32,000 nt of DNA. Origin: Promethearchaeum syntrophicum (GTDB lineage Archaea; Asgardarchaeota; Lokiarchaeia; Sigyniarchaeales; Promethearchaeaceae). The DNA is taken from contig NZ_CP042905.2 in assembly GCF_008000775.2 (NCBI RefSeq), positions 2,160,001 through 2,192,000 of the forward strand, in the 5' to 3' direction. This document shows, piece by piece, positions 17,817 to 27,846 of this stretch; position 1 is the stretch's first letter; each line of letters starts with the position of its first letter. The translations under genes and the position numbers were made by a program. A model generated the notes under the pieces. That model was not told where the DNA came from. It made no database searches and worked only from the letters and a program-made list of their open reading frames with translations.

Positions 17817-19720
17817 GTGAAATTCCAGTAATAGCCCAGGATAATCCTGGAAAAAAAATAATTATGCTAGGTAATGAGGCGATTGCCAGAGGAATATTAG
17901 AAGCTGGAGTAGTCGTTGCGGCAGCTTATCCCGGAACCCCATCTTCTGAAATTATGCCAAGTTTAGCTAAATGCGTTCCTTCTCATCCAGAATTACGAAT
18001 GGAATGGAGTGTGAATGAAAAAGTAGCTTTTGAAATTGCTCATGCGGGATCAATGTCAAATGTGCGATCAATTGCTATAATGAAACATGTTGGGCTTAAT
18101 GTTGCATCCGATTCATTCATGACTGCTTGTTATCATGGTGTTCGTGGAGGACTAGTGGTGGTCTCAGCAGATGATCCAAGCCAATTTTCAAGTCAAAATG
18201 AACAAGACAATCGATATTTTGGTCTTCATGCCATTGTTCCTGTGTTTGAACCTTCAAATTCTCAAGAAGCGAAGGATATGCTCAAATATGCATTCCAATT
18301 CTCCGAAGAAAATAATACTCTTGTACTTTTTAGAACTACAACACGATTAAATCATGGTAGAGCTGATGTTGAATTTGGTGACATTTTAAAATTAAATCGG
18401 ACACCCGAATTTGATTGGGATCGCCAAAGATGGACATGTGTTCCTTCATCCACCAGACCTCAAAGAACCGAATTACTTCTTAGAATGAAGAAAATGGCTG
18501 AAGGAGCTGATGATTTTCCGTTTAATAAATTGACAATTAGTGATGAAAAAATTAATGGAAAACGCTATGGTTTCATTGCTACGGGAATTGCTCATGCTCA
18601 TATGATTGACTCACTAAATATTCATGGTATTAAAGATAAAGTCTCTATCTTAAAACTTGGATTGGTCAATCCTTTACCTCAGAAATTAATTAAAAAATTG
18701 ATGAATTCAGTTGATGAATTGTTAGTTGTTGAAGAATTGGAGCCAATTTTTGAAGAACAATGTAAAGCTTTCGCATATGATTGGAATTTAGGAGCTAAAG
18801 TTAGAATTCATGGAAAAGATTTCTTACCGCAGCAAGGTGAATTTAAACCTGAAACTTTGATTACACAGATTGCTAAATTCGTTGGATTAGACTATACTCC
18901 TCCCGAATCGGCAGCTTTAGATATATCAGTGCCTCCTAGATTACCACAAATGTGCCCTGCTTGTTCTCATCGTAGTATTTATTGGATAATGAAACAATAT
19001 TCAAAGAAACATAAAATGAAATTCATAAATAACAACGATATTGGATGTTATTCCTTAGGTCTTTATAAACCACTCGAAATGGTTGATACTATGTTATGCA
19101 TGGGCGCATCCATTGGTATGGCAAATGGGTTTGCCAAAATAATGCCAGATAATATATTAATTACGGCATTTCTAGGGGATTCCACATTCTTCCATTCAGG
19201 TGTAGCGCCTCTAATTAATGCAGTTTACAATAGAAACGATATGCTTATCATTATTTCTGATAATAGCTTTACAAGTATGACTGGTGGACAAGATAATCCT
19301 TCTAATGGAAAAACACTTACCAAAGAACCAGGAACAAAAATTCTTATTGAAGATGTTGTGAAAGGATGCGGTGTTCCCGAAGAAAATATTTGGGTGCATG
19401 AAGCTTATGATATGGAAGGATTGAAGGAAAAATTTGAGCAAGCGGCAAACGCTAAGGGCGTTCGGGTATTTATTCCTCGACATATGTGTTCTCTTCAAGA
19501 AATGCGCATTGTGAAGAAAAATAAAATTAAGCTTCCAGTCGTTAAAGTGAATCCTGATGTTTGCATAGGATGTCAAACCTGTGTTCGGCAATTTGGGTGC
19601 CCGGCAATTAATTTTGATTATAAAACTCTTAAATCTTCTATTGATCAAGAACAATGTCGAGGATGCAAAACATGTTTATATATTTGCCCCTCAAACGCTT
19701 TTTATGTTGTTGAAGAGTAG
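17813..19720 (+). CDS. iorA: indolepyruvate ferredoxin oxidoreductase, alpha subunit
   Basis: GNEAIARGILEAGVVVAAAYPGTPSSEI; TPP-binding GDSTFFHSGVAPLINAVYN; two C-terminal 4Fe-4S motifs CIGCQTCVRQFGCP and CRGCKTCLYICP. TTG start overlaps the iorB TGA. Confidence 0.96.
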   Translation: MSEIPVIAQDNPGKKIIMLGNEAIARGILEAGVVVAAAYPGTPSSEIMPSLAKCVPSHPELRMEWSVNEKVAFEIAHAGSMSNVRSIAIMKHVGLNVASDSFMTACYHGVRGGLVVVSADDPSQFSSQNEQDNRYFGLHAIVPVFEPSNSQEAKDMLKYAFQFSEENNTLVLFRTTTRLNHGRADVEFGDILKLNRTPEFDWDRQRWTCVPSSTRPQRTELLLRMKKMAEGADDFPFNKLTISDEKINGKRYGFIATGIAHAHMIDSLNIHGIKDKVSILKLGLVNPLPQKLIKKLMNSVDELLVVEELEPIFEEQCKAFAYDWNLGAKVRIHGKDFLPQQGEFKPETLITQIAKFVGLDYTPPESAALDISVPPRLPQMCPACSHRSIYWIMKQYSKKHKMKFINNNDIGCYSLGLYKPLEMVDTMLCMGASIGMANGFAKIMPDNILITAFLGDSTFFHSGVAPLINAVYNRNDMLIIISDNSFTSMTGGQDNPSNGKTLTKEPGTKILIEDVVKGCGVPEENIWVHEAYDMEGLKEKFEQAANAKGVRVFIPRHMCSLQEMRIVKKNKIKLPVVKVNPDVCIGCQTCVRQFGCPAINFDYKTLKSSIDQEQCRGCKTCLYICPSNAFYVVEE

Positions 19721-19745
19721 ATTTGATCGAATTTTCATAAAAATC

Positions 19746-19755
19746 TTTTTTTTTT
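19746..19755 (+). terminator. poly-T terminator after iorA
   Basis: Run of 10 T about 25 nt after the stop. Confidence 0.5.
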
Positions 19756-19899
19756 CAATTTTTAATTATTCTAATTGTAATCCTGCTCTTTTAGGAAGAT
19801 CTTATTCTTAGAAATTTAGACTGACTGTTAAAAAATAATTCAAAATTTTATATAGAATAACAAGGAGATGTACTACAATATGTATATTTTCAAAAAAAG

Positions 19900-22551
19900 G
19901 TGACAAAAATGGAAATTAAACAGAATCAAAACCCTACAATTATAAAAATAATAATTGCAGCAGTAATATCGATAGGTATGATTACAGCTTTTTCTATCCC
20001 GTTTGGAATGATTCCACCTCTTGGTAACTTATTGTTCCCGGGAGATGGGATATGGGATGTACCGACTGAAGTATCGGAATATGAAGTTGTGAAGGACTCT
20101 GCACTCTCTCATGACGTAGAAGTATTTCGAGATGAATGGGGAATTCCTCATATTTATGGTTATGGTGAAGAAGACCTAATGTTCGCGCTCGGATATGTAC
20201 AAGCACAAGATAGGATGATTCAAATGGACCTTGTACGGAGATTGGCACGAGGGCGTCTATCCGAAATTGTAGGTCCTGATGCACTTGACACCGATAAATT
20301 CAATATTCTTAAATTAGAAGAATATTGGGCTAATAAATCTGTTGAAAATTTACAAGCAAGCGAAGATCCACTATATAAATCAATTTATCAAATGCTTTTA
20401 CGTTATGCTGATGGAATAAATAAGTATATTGAAACTAATCAAAATAATAAGCCATTTGAATATCAATTTTTAGATGTGGAAATTGCTCCATGGGAAATTG
20501 TTGATACATTAGTTTACGCAAAATACATGTCGGAATATTTTACATGGAGTTACAAAGATATGCAAAGATATGAAAACATGATGATTTTAGGAAGTGATAA
20601 TTATACTGAACTATATGGTTTTCCTGCTCCATATCAAATTCCCGTTACCCCAAATTATGGAGAATATGACGATATTTCTATACCTTCCAGTGAATTCAAT
20701 CCGCCTAGTTCATCTAACACAGATGAAATCAAAATGCCATCTGATAATTCAGAATTTGTCGAACCCCTACCTATGAATTTTATTTCATCCTTTTTAGATG
20801 GTTTACAAGGATTTCCCCAAGAAATACAACGAATGGAACAAGAATACATTATTGGATCAAACAATTGGGTCATTTCTGGAAATAAAACTTCCTCTGGTAA
20901 ACCTTTACTTAGCACTGACATGCATTTAGGGTTGACATTACCGGGAATGTGGCATGAAGCACACCTTGTTGACATAACCCCTGGTGCGGATCTAAATTTA
21001 TATGCTGTATTTGTTCCCGGAGTCCCTCTTCCTATTGCAGGTCATACCGATTATGTGGGGTGGGGAGAGTCGATTGCCGCCTTTGATTTAATCGATTGGT
21101 ATTATTATAATGGCATTAATGATACGCATTATGAATATAAAGGTGAAGCAAAAGCTTATGATATCATGGTAGAGTCCATCCCGATAAAAGGACAAGAACC
21201 TGAAGAATATATAATAAAATCCACCGTGCATGGTCCTGTTTTTACAGATTTAGTACCAATGTCAGAGGACTTTTCGGAAAATGTTATTGCTTGTAAATGG
21301 ACTAGTTACAATATAACTTTAGATTTTTTGGCTCTATACGGTTTTATGCATGCCAAAAATGTTTATGAATTCGATGACGCGATAAAATTCATGGATCTTC
21401 TCCCTCTTAATATAGCTTTTGGAGATGTTGAAGGAAATATCGGAATCCGTCCAAATGCTAAAGTACCAATTAGAAATGATACAGATATCCCCTCTTGGCA
21501 TCCTGGAGGTGGAGATATGCCTTATAATGGTTCGAAAGGAGAAGGTGAATGGATAGATTACTTAGATTTTGAGGATCGTCCTTATTGTATCAACCCCGAG
21601 CAAGGATTCTTATCATCAGCAAACCAATATATTGCAGGACCTGATTATCCAAATGTTGAAGTTATTAATGATGGAGGTGCTGTCGGATATCGCGCTCGTC
21701 GGATAAACAATTTACTTGCAAAGGCCACCGAATTTACAGTAGAAGACATGAAAACCATGGTACTTGATATTTATAGTGTACGTGCAGGTAATTTCACCCC
21801 ATATTTGATAGATGCGTTGGATACATTAATATCTAAAAGTGATATTCAAAAAGCTGCTTACAATGAATTACAAAATTGGGATTATTATATGGATAAAGAT
21901 TTAGTTGCACCCTCTCTCTATCATGTCTGGATTGAAGCATATTTAGAATTAACTTTTCAAGATGAACAAACCAATATGGGTAGTTTTAGTAGACCTTCTT
22001 ATGCAGTATTAGAGTATTTAACAAAGAATAATTCCGATTCCAAATGGTTTGACAACATTTCTACTCCCGAAATTGAAAACCGGGATGATATAATATTGGA
22101 TACTTTCAATATTGTTCTTGAAGGGTTAGAGGAATATTATGGAACGAATAATGTTTCTGCATGGAAATGGGGAGAAGTTCATCAAATACGGGTTGACCAT
22201 TTAATGAGTCTCCCTGGATTAGGTTTTGGACCCTATCCGATCTCAGGTGAAGCATATACGATAAATCCAAGTTACGGATCCAATTTTAATAACGGAGTAA
22301 TTAGTACTAGTTATTCCCGCGCTGGTGCTTCAGAACGTATTATTGTCGATTTTAGTAATATGAATAATAGCGTTTCGATAATTCCCTCGGGAGAAAGGGG
22401 TATTTCTAGTTCAGTTCATTATACGGATCAATTGGAAATGTGGTTAAGAGGAGAATTTCACCCACAATATTTCGATGCAAAGGATCCGGAAACTATCCAG
22501 AATTGGGCGAATATCGAATCTATTATATTATTTAAGAAGGAGGGAGATTAA
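19900..22551 (+). CDS. penicillin acylase family protein (Ntn-hydrolase), membrane-anchored or exported
   Basis: N-terminal hydrophobic segment IIKIIIAAVISIGMITAFSI; DEWGIPHIYG..EEDLMFALGYVQAQDRMIQMDLVRRLARGRLSEIVG; nucleophile region SNNWVISGNKTSSGKPLLSTDMHL; HxVxW-type downstream motifs. Confidence 0.93.
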   Translation: MTKMEIKQNQNPTIIKIIIAAVISIGMITAFSIPFGMIPPLGNLLFPGDGIWDVPTEVSEYEVVKDSALSHDVEVFRDEWGIPHIYGYGEEDLMFALGYVQAQDRMIQMDLVRRLARGRLSEIVGPDALDTDKFNILKLEEYWANKSVENLQASEDPLYKSIYQMLLRYADGINKYIETNQNNKPFEYQFLDVEIAPWEIVDTLVYAKYMSEYFTWSYKDMQRYENMMILGSDNYTELYGFPAPYQIPVTPNYGEYDDISIPSSEFNPPSSSNTDEIKMPSDNSEFVEPLPMNFISSFLDGLQGFPQEIQRMEQEYIIGSNNWVISGNKTSSGKPLLSTDMHLGLTLPGMWHEAHLVDITPGADLNLYAVFVPGVPLPIAGHTDYVGWGESIAAFDLIDWYYYNGINDTHYEYKGEAKAYDIMVESIPIKGQEPEEYIIKSTVHGPVFTDLVPMSEDFSENVIACKWTSYNITLDFLALYGFMHAKNVYEFDDAIKFMDLLPLNIAFGDVEGNIGIRPNAKVPIRNDTDIPSWHPGGGDMPYNGSKGEGEWIDYLDFEDRPYCINPEQGFLSSANQYIAGPDYPNVEVINDGGAVGYRARRINNLLAKATEFTVEDMKTMVLDIYSVRAGNFTPYLIDALDTLISKSDIQKAAYNELQNWDYYMDKDLVAPSLYHVWIEAYLELTFQDEQTNMGSFSRPSYAVLEYLTKNNSDSKWFDNISTPEIENRDDIILDTFNIVLEGLEEYYGTNNVSAWKWGEVHQIRVDHLMSLPGLGFGPYPISGEAYTINPSYGSNFNNGVISTSYSRAGASERIIVDFSNMNNSVSIIPSGERGISSSVHYTDQLEMWLRGEFHPQYFDAKDPETIQNWANIESIILFKKEGD

Positions 22552-22552
22552 C

Positions 22553-22975
22553 ATGAGCGAAATGAATCCATCAGTTGACTTTTTTAATAAATATTCTCCC
22601 TATTTTGCCACTTTATTGACTTTTATATTATCAATGCTATTTACATTAGTCCCTTTTTGGCCTTTAACATTTGTTGCTGCTATTTTTGGAGGATTCTTAT
22701 GTAAAAATATGAACTGTGGGGCATTAAGTGCGATGATTGGAATCATAATATCATGGGGAATTTATATTATTATTGAAGTTATAGGAAATAGGACCAACAT
22801 CTTATTCGATCAATTAGGAATTTTAATAACTGGCTCATCAGGATTCGGATTTTGGCTAATTTTTATTGTTCTAATTGTTGGGGCTATTATAGGATTATTA
22901 GGCGGAACAATCGGCTCAGGAATCAGAATATTAATAGAACCAAAATTTCTTTCAAAAAAAAATCATCAAAGATAA
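22553..22975 (+). CDS. small membrane protein of unknown function
   Basis: ATG at 22553 directly follows the acylase stop; MSEMNPSVDFFNKYSPYFATLLTFILSMLFTLVPFWPLTFVAAIFGGFLC has several hydrophobic segments. Confidence 0.7.
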   Translation: MSEMNPSVDFFNKYSPYFATLLTFILSMLFTLVPFWPLTFVAAIFGGFLCKNMNCGALSAMIGIIISWGIYIIIEVIGNRTNILFDQLGILITGSSGFGFWLIFIVLIVGAIIGLLGGTIGSGIRILIEPKFLSKKNHQR

Positions 22976-22992
22976 ATTGAGCGAAGAAAAAA

Positions 22993-23003
22993 TTTTTTTT
23001 TTT
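22993..23003 (+). terminator. poly-T terminator (plus-strand arm of a convergent terminator region)
   Basis: Run of 11 T about 17 nt after the stop of the + strand gene. Confidence 0.5.
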
Positions 23004-23042
23004 AAGTCATATATGTAAATGAAGCGTGTCAAAAAATTAAGG

Positions 23043-23052
23043 AAAAAAAAAA
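23043..23052 (-). terminator. minus-strand poly-T tract abutting stop codon of the caspase-like gene
   Basis: Run of 10 A on the + strand immediately next to the minus-strand stop at 23053. Confidence 0.45.
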
Positions 23053-25215
23053 TTATATAAGCCTATTCCCGCATTCTGTACAAAATAATGACTTTCCATC
23101 TGTAATTGGTGCACCACAATTGGTACAAAACTTGAATTTTGCTTTTTGATTTGAAAAATTATCGAATTCATCAAAAATGAAAGAATTGGAGGAACTTGAT
23201 GTTTCTGGTGGGCTATTATCACTCCCAAAAGTTCCTATTGAAGGATTTGTGCCATATATTTGAAAACTACTTGGGGAGTCTCGAATTGGAACTCTCGGCT
23301 TTGGTTTATAGAATTTTTTCCTCCAGATTATAGCAGAAATTGATAAAAATCCAATAACTCCAAGAGTAATAGAAATTCCCCGCATCATAGGATTGCTTAT
23401 CGATTTCAAAGGATTTGTATTTCTGTCGATTTCCTCTTTATCGGTATATTGATCATCATCTGTATCCATATCTAATGGGTCCGTTCCATAAGAAAATTCT
23501 TCAGAATTGATAAGTCCATCACCATCAGGATCGTCAGTTGCATCATCAACTAGCGGATTTGTTCCTTTAAAATATTCCCAACCGTCAGGCATTCCGTCAT
23601 AATCCGTATCTAAAGATAAAGAATCCGTCCCAATTTGAAGCTCAATATCATCGGATAACTCATCATTATCCCAATCTGAATCCCAGAGATTAAAACCAAT
23701 TTCAAATTCATAAGCATCAGAAAGTGAATCACCGTCAAAATCACCACTATAAGATAATCCTAAAGGAGTTAATTCTATGGATTCATTATCAATTTCTGAA
23801 AAACCATTATTAGTTTGAATTGCTTTAAAAGTAATACCCGAAATATCATGACCCGTTAAACTTGAAGCAAATAATTTTTGTTGCCAACCAGCGCTGTTTT
23901 GAATGTTTTCCTCTATTTCGGATCTCACTATTGTTTGTTCTGTAAAATCATAATATACTAATATTAATTTTCCTACTCCAAGACCGCTAAGAGCAAATTC
24001 AATTTGTACTTGGTCATTTCCAGATGGAATAACCGAATTTATCTTCCCATTCGGTTCAAGTATTAATTCACCATCAATTCCATCATATTCCTCAGGATGA
24101 TGAGTAAATCCTAAATAAGTTGACCGATCGACTGTAGAATTATAAATCGCTTCAAAATTTTCTTCATATGATATCACTCCATCATTATTAATATCTGAAT
24201 TATTATCCCACGAATTCAAAAAACTATAAGAAAATACTCCATTTTCACGATACGGATCTTCCAATGAGTATTCTGAACTATTACTTGCTGATATTACATA
24301 TCTATCCGTTTGAGCAAAATCTCGAGCAACGCCTCCACTATGGCAAGAATCCAACAGTGTAACGACCTGACCAGGAACTTCATTAAAATAAGAATTTAGC
24401 GTAGATCCATTTAACCCTGAGTCCAATCCATCATGTGTATTTATGCAATATGAATCTTCCCAGTAACCTACTTCAACTAAATCGATTTCAAATCCCCACT
24501 CGGTTATTGAATAATCAGTGTACAAATTAACATAGATGTCATCACAAGGTATCCAACCAGACCATAAATCGGTATAATCATTATCATATAAAACATAAGC
24601 AGGCCATCTGTCATCATTATCTCCAATATAAATTTCATCAATTTCATCTTCAAGTTCAATTTTTGTAAAGTGAACCCTCATTAGTTCTGCCCCTGGATGA
24701 GAATAATGCCAATAATCATCCATATTATTAGAATATGGATGATTGCTTGCTACATTCCAGCTATATTGAATTGAAGATATTTCTTGAGATCCATGCCCTG
24801 AATAAGAAAAGAATAACACATCATTTTCATTCATCACATCGGAAAAATTGCTAATAGCATAAGAAATATCAGGGATAGTCACCTCAGAATCTATTAATTT
24901 AACGATATTTGAATCAGGTATATGGTAGTTATCTAGGATAAAGTTATATATCTCTTCAGCATCATCATCACAATAGCTTAAATCATTAATAGACCCGGGA
25001 TAATCACTCACTCCACAAATAATTGCATAACCTTCTCTTGGATCTTCGATTGATGAAGATTTTACCTCACCTTCAAATAAATTGTTTCCCTTAAGTTTCT
25101 CACTAATTGTTAAATTACTTTGAATAAATAAAAAGGGAGAGATAAAATTTAATGCTAATATTGAAATAAGAACTATTTCTCTTACAGAAACTTTAGTTTT
25201 ACTCATTTTTATCAT
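23053..25215 (-). CDS. secreted or membrane caspase-like (C14) protease with Ca-binding-type repeats, TM segment and C-terminal zinc ribbon
   Basis: N-terminal signal/TM EIVLISILALNFISPFLFI; YAIICGVSDYPGSINDLSYCDDDA; catalytic His region DVLFFSYSGHGS; catalytic Cys region VVTLLDSCHSGG; repeats DTDYDGMPDGWEYFKGTNP / DDPDGDGLINSEEFSYGTDP / DTDDDQYTDKEEIDRNTNP; TM ISITLGVIGFLSISAIIW; CTNCG-x12-CTECG. Confidence 0.9.
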   Translation of the reverse strand: MIKMSKTKVSVREIVLISILALNFISPFLFIQSNLTISEKLKGNNLFEGEVKSSSIEDPREGYAIICGVSDYPGSINDLSYCDDDAEEIYNFILDNYHIPDSNIVKLIDSEVTIPDISYAISNFSDVMNENDVLFFSYSGHGSQEISSIQYSWNVASNHPYSNNMDDYWHYSHPGAELMRVHFTKIELEDEIDEIYIGDNDDRWPAYVLYDNDYTDLWSGWIPCDDIYVNLYTDYSITEWGFEIDLVEVGYWEDSYCINTHDGLDSGLNGSTLNSYFNEVPGQVVTLLDSCHSGGVARDFAQTDRYVISASNSSEYSLEDPYRENGVFSYSFLNSWDNNSDINNDGVISYEENFEAIYNSTVDRSTYLGFTHHPEEYDGIDGELILEPNGKINSVIPSGNDQVQIEFALSGLGVGKLILVYYDFTEQTIVRSEIEENIQNSAGWQQKLFASSLTGHDISGITFKAIQTNNGFSEIDNESIELTPLGLSYSGDFDGDSLSDAYEFEIGFNLWDSDWDNDELSDDIELQIGTDSLSLDTDYDGMPDGWEYFKGTNPLVDDATDDPDGDGLINSEEFSYGTDPLDMDTDDDQYTDKEEIDRNTNPLKSISNPMMRGISITLGVIGFLSISAIIWRKKFYKPKPRVPIRDSPSSFQIYGTNPSIGTFGSDNSPPETSSSSNSFIFDEFDNFSNQKAKFKFCTNCGAPITDGKSLFCTECGNRLI

Positions 25216-25544
25216 TTCTTTATGTTTTAAATTATAATTTTTCTTGAATATATGATTATAAAATTATATAAAAGAAATATTTTTCACACAATTAAGTTTA
25301 TTGATATTTTCCAAATAGGAAATTAAGTATATATAATGTAAGTAGAATTTTTAGAGATTTTTTGTAAGACGAAGTTAATAAGGAATAATTTTTTGGATAT
25401 TTTGAAAAAGATGGAATATCAATATGAAGTAAATAAAAATATCTTTGAGATTCTTGAAAAAATCATTGTTTTCAAATAGAAGCAATCATACTTTTTTCGT
25501 TCTACATAAAAAAATTAATATTTTTTCTTAATTCTAATTAAATT

Positions 25545-26921
25545 ATGAAACGATTTTTTTATCCTCAAACGATTGCTGTTATAGGTGCCACCGACGACCC
25601 GAAAAAGTTTGGAAATGCAGTTACAAGTAATTTACTCTCAAATAAGCAATTAAAAGCTCAAGTTTTTCCAATTTCCAGAAATAATCCAACAGTGAGTGGT
25701 TTAAAAGCATATAAATCTGTCACTGATGTTCCTGTAGAATTAGATCTTGCGATTATTTTAGTACCTGCACAAGTAGTACCAACTATTGTTGATCAGTGTA
25801 TTGAAAAAAAAGTAGCGCGAATTATTATAGTGACGGCTGGATTTGGAGAAATTAATAACGAAGGTAAAAAAATCGAACAACAGATGTTAGAAAAATCAAA
25901 AAGTGCGGGAACAAGAATAATTGGGCCGAATTGTGTTGGAATTCAAAATATTGACATTGAAATGAATGCTAGTTTTATTCAATCACCAATTCCAGGTAAT
26001 ATCAGCATGGTTTCTCAATCTGGATCATTTGGGTGTGCAGTTATTGATGGAATGAAATGGCAAAATTGTGGTCTATCCAAGTTTGCAAATATTGGGAATG
26101 CAATTGATGTTTCGTTTGATGATATTATTAATTATTTCAAAGAGGATGAGAATTCTAAAGTAATTGCGGTTTATCTTGAATCAGTAAAAAATGGGAAAGC
26201 ATTTTTTAACAGTTTAAAAGAAATATCTCCTAAAAAACCCGTAGTTGTGTTAAAAGGGGGACGTACAAGTGCTGGTATGGCTGCTGCTGGAAGCCATACA
26301 GGATCCATTGCATCTAATTATACAATATTAAAAACTGCTGTAGAACAAGCCGGAGCAACTATGTGTACAACAATTGAAGAATATATTATTGCTCTAAAGA
26401 CTTTTTCGTATTTAAGTTTGCCAAGAGGAAATAAAATCGGTGTATTGACAAACAGTGGCGGAACAGGGGTGTTATTTAGTGATAAGGCTGAAGAATTGGA
26501 TTTAAAATTATCAGAGTTCTCAGATCATTTAAAGGATAAATTAAAACCTCACCTTTTCAATTTGGTTCAAATTGTAAATCCCTTGGATATGATTGCGGGA
26601 GCTCGTGAGAAAGAATATTATGAAATCACTAAAGCTATGTTAGAAGAAGATTCTGGGATTGATATTGTAGTCGCTTGTGGTGTTTATCCTCCCTTTTTAG
26701 GAATGAAATTTGAGAATAATTATAGGGGTATAATCCGTGCGTGGAATGATACCGGTCGCAAAAAACCAATTATTCCTTTGTTAGTTTTTGGTAATGGTTA
26801 TGATGCTATTATTGAATTCGCGCGCCAAGAAAATGTTCCCTATTTTTCAAGTCCTTCTGAAGCAGCCTATGCAGTGAAAATATTAATTCAAAGGATGGAA
26901 TACATGAGTAAAAATAAGTAG
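25545..26921 (+). CDS. ADP-forming acyl-CoA synthetase alpha subunit-like (CoA-binding and ligase-CoA domains)
   Basis: IAVIGATDDPKKFGNAVTSNLL, GPNCVGIQN, QSGSFG, and AGSHTGSIASNYTILKTAVEQAG containing the conserved phospho-His region. Confidence 0.92.
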   Translation: MKRFFYPQTIAVIGATDDPKKFGNAVTSNLLSNKQLKAQVFPISRNNPTVSGLKAYKSVTDVPVELDLAIILVPAQVVPTIVDQCIEKKVARIIIVTAGFGEINNEGKKIEQQMLEKSKSAGTRIIGPNCVGIQNIDIEMNASFIQSPIPGNISMVSQSGSFGCAVIDGMKWQNCGLSKFANIGNAIDVSFDDIINYFKEDENSKVIAVYLESVKNGKAFFNSLKEISPKKPVVVLKGGRTSAGMAAAGSHTGSIASNYTILKTAVEQAGATMCTTIEEYIIALKTFSYLSLPRGNKIGVLTNSGGTGVLFSDKAEELDLKLSEFSDHLKDKLKPHLFNLVQIVNPLDMIAGAREKEYYEITKAMLEEDSGIDIVVACGVYPPFLGMKFENNYRGIIRAWNDTGRKKPIIPLLVFGNGYDAIIEFARQENVPYFSSPSEAAYAVKILIQRMEYMSKNK

Positions 26922-26977
26922 AAAAGAAAAAAAATTAATAGATTAATATAATTAATCAATTATTGTAAGGTAGAAAC

Positions 26978-27196
26978 TTAGTAAAACTCAATTGCTAAAG
27001 CCATATCTCCTTTGGAGATCTTCTTTCGTTTTGAGTGTTTAGCGAAATTTAACGCCATTGCTGTGAGTTTCTTGCTACGATTTTCTAAATAATTCAATAA
27101 TGCTTCAACAGCATCTCGGCTGACAATTTGTGCACCCGATTTTTTCATTAAGGCCCGTAGTGGGGACCATGCAAATGCTCTTCTTTTCTTTGCCAT
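26978..27196 (-). CDS. archaeal histone (HMf-like)
   Basis: 72 aa: ...WSPLRALMKKSGAQIVSRDAVEALLNYLENRSKKLTAMALNFAKHSKRKKISKGDMALAI, the histone fold. Confidence 0.93.
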   Translation of the reverse strand: MAKKRRAFAWSPLRALMKKSGAQIVSRDAVEALLNYLENRSKKLTAMALNFAKHSKRKKISKGDMALAIEFY

Positions 27197-27846
27197 GATT
27201 TTTCATTCTCCGCTTAGAATATAAGATTTTGTAGAAAATTGTATCTTTTCGTTTTTTTCGAAATAAATATCCAAAAAGGCTACAATCTAAGTAAAATATA
27301 GTAATTTATCTTTTTAAAGGTTTGGGAGATTTGGGGTAAAAATCTTATCCAAATTCAATGGATCGGAAATTCTATCGACAAAAATCTTTGATCCAGAAAA
27401 CCAAATCTTATAATTTCCACGCTCGGGAATATCAAAATTGGGGAAAAAATAAAGATCGATCTGGGAAAATTGAGGGATGTTATAATATTAAGAAATTTGG
27501 AAATATTTTAAATTAAGGGTAAAAAAGTTTTATTGATTAATTAGAATCTTCAATATTCCTTTATGATTTTTAATACCAATTTATTAGATTAATGGAATTG
27601 ATATCATTTAGGAAAAATTAAGAAAAAATTTTTAAAATGATATCGAGATTTATAAAAAGATCGAATCATTAAATTATCCAAATTTGATGAGAATTAACTA
27701 CATCGATTACTAAAATAATTGGGATGGATAAAAAATCATATTAAAGGCGATAATCAATCAATACTACAGATTTCTTAGAATATAAAAAAACTATTATTAA
27801 TTTCTTCATTGAAGAATGATTTTTTTATTAGCAATTCAAAAATATT

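Noticed and set aside
19211-19811. ORFs 19211..19654 (-) and 19581..19811 (+)
   Set aside because: Overlap the iorA TPP and ferredoxin regions in other frames; no motifs.
20594-20975. ORFs 20594..20776 (+) and 20655..20975 (-)
   Set aside because: Off-frame ORFs inside the penicillin acylase gene.
22475-22552. N-terminal 26 aa of ORF 22475..22975
   Set aside because: Overlaps the acylase coding end; a good ATG at 22553 with upstream AGGGAGAT is more plausible.
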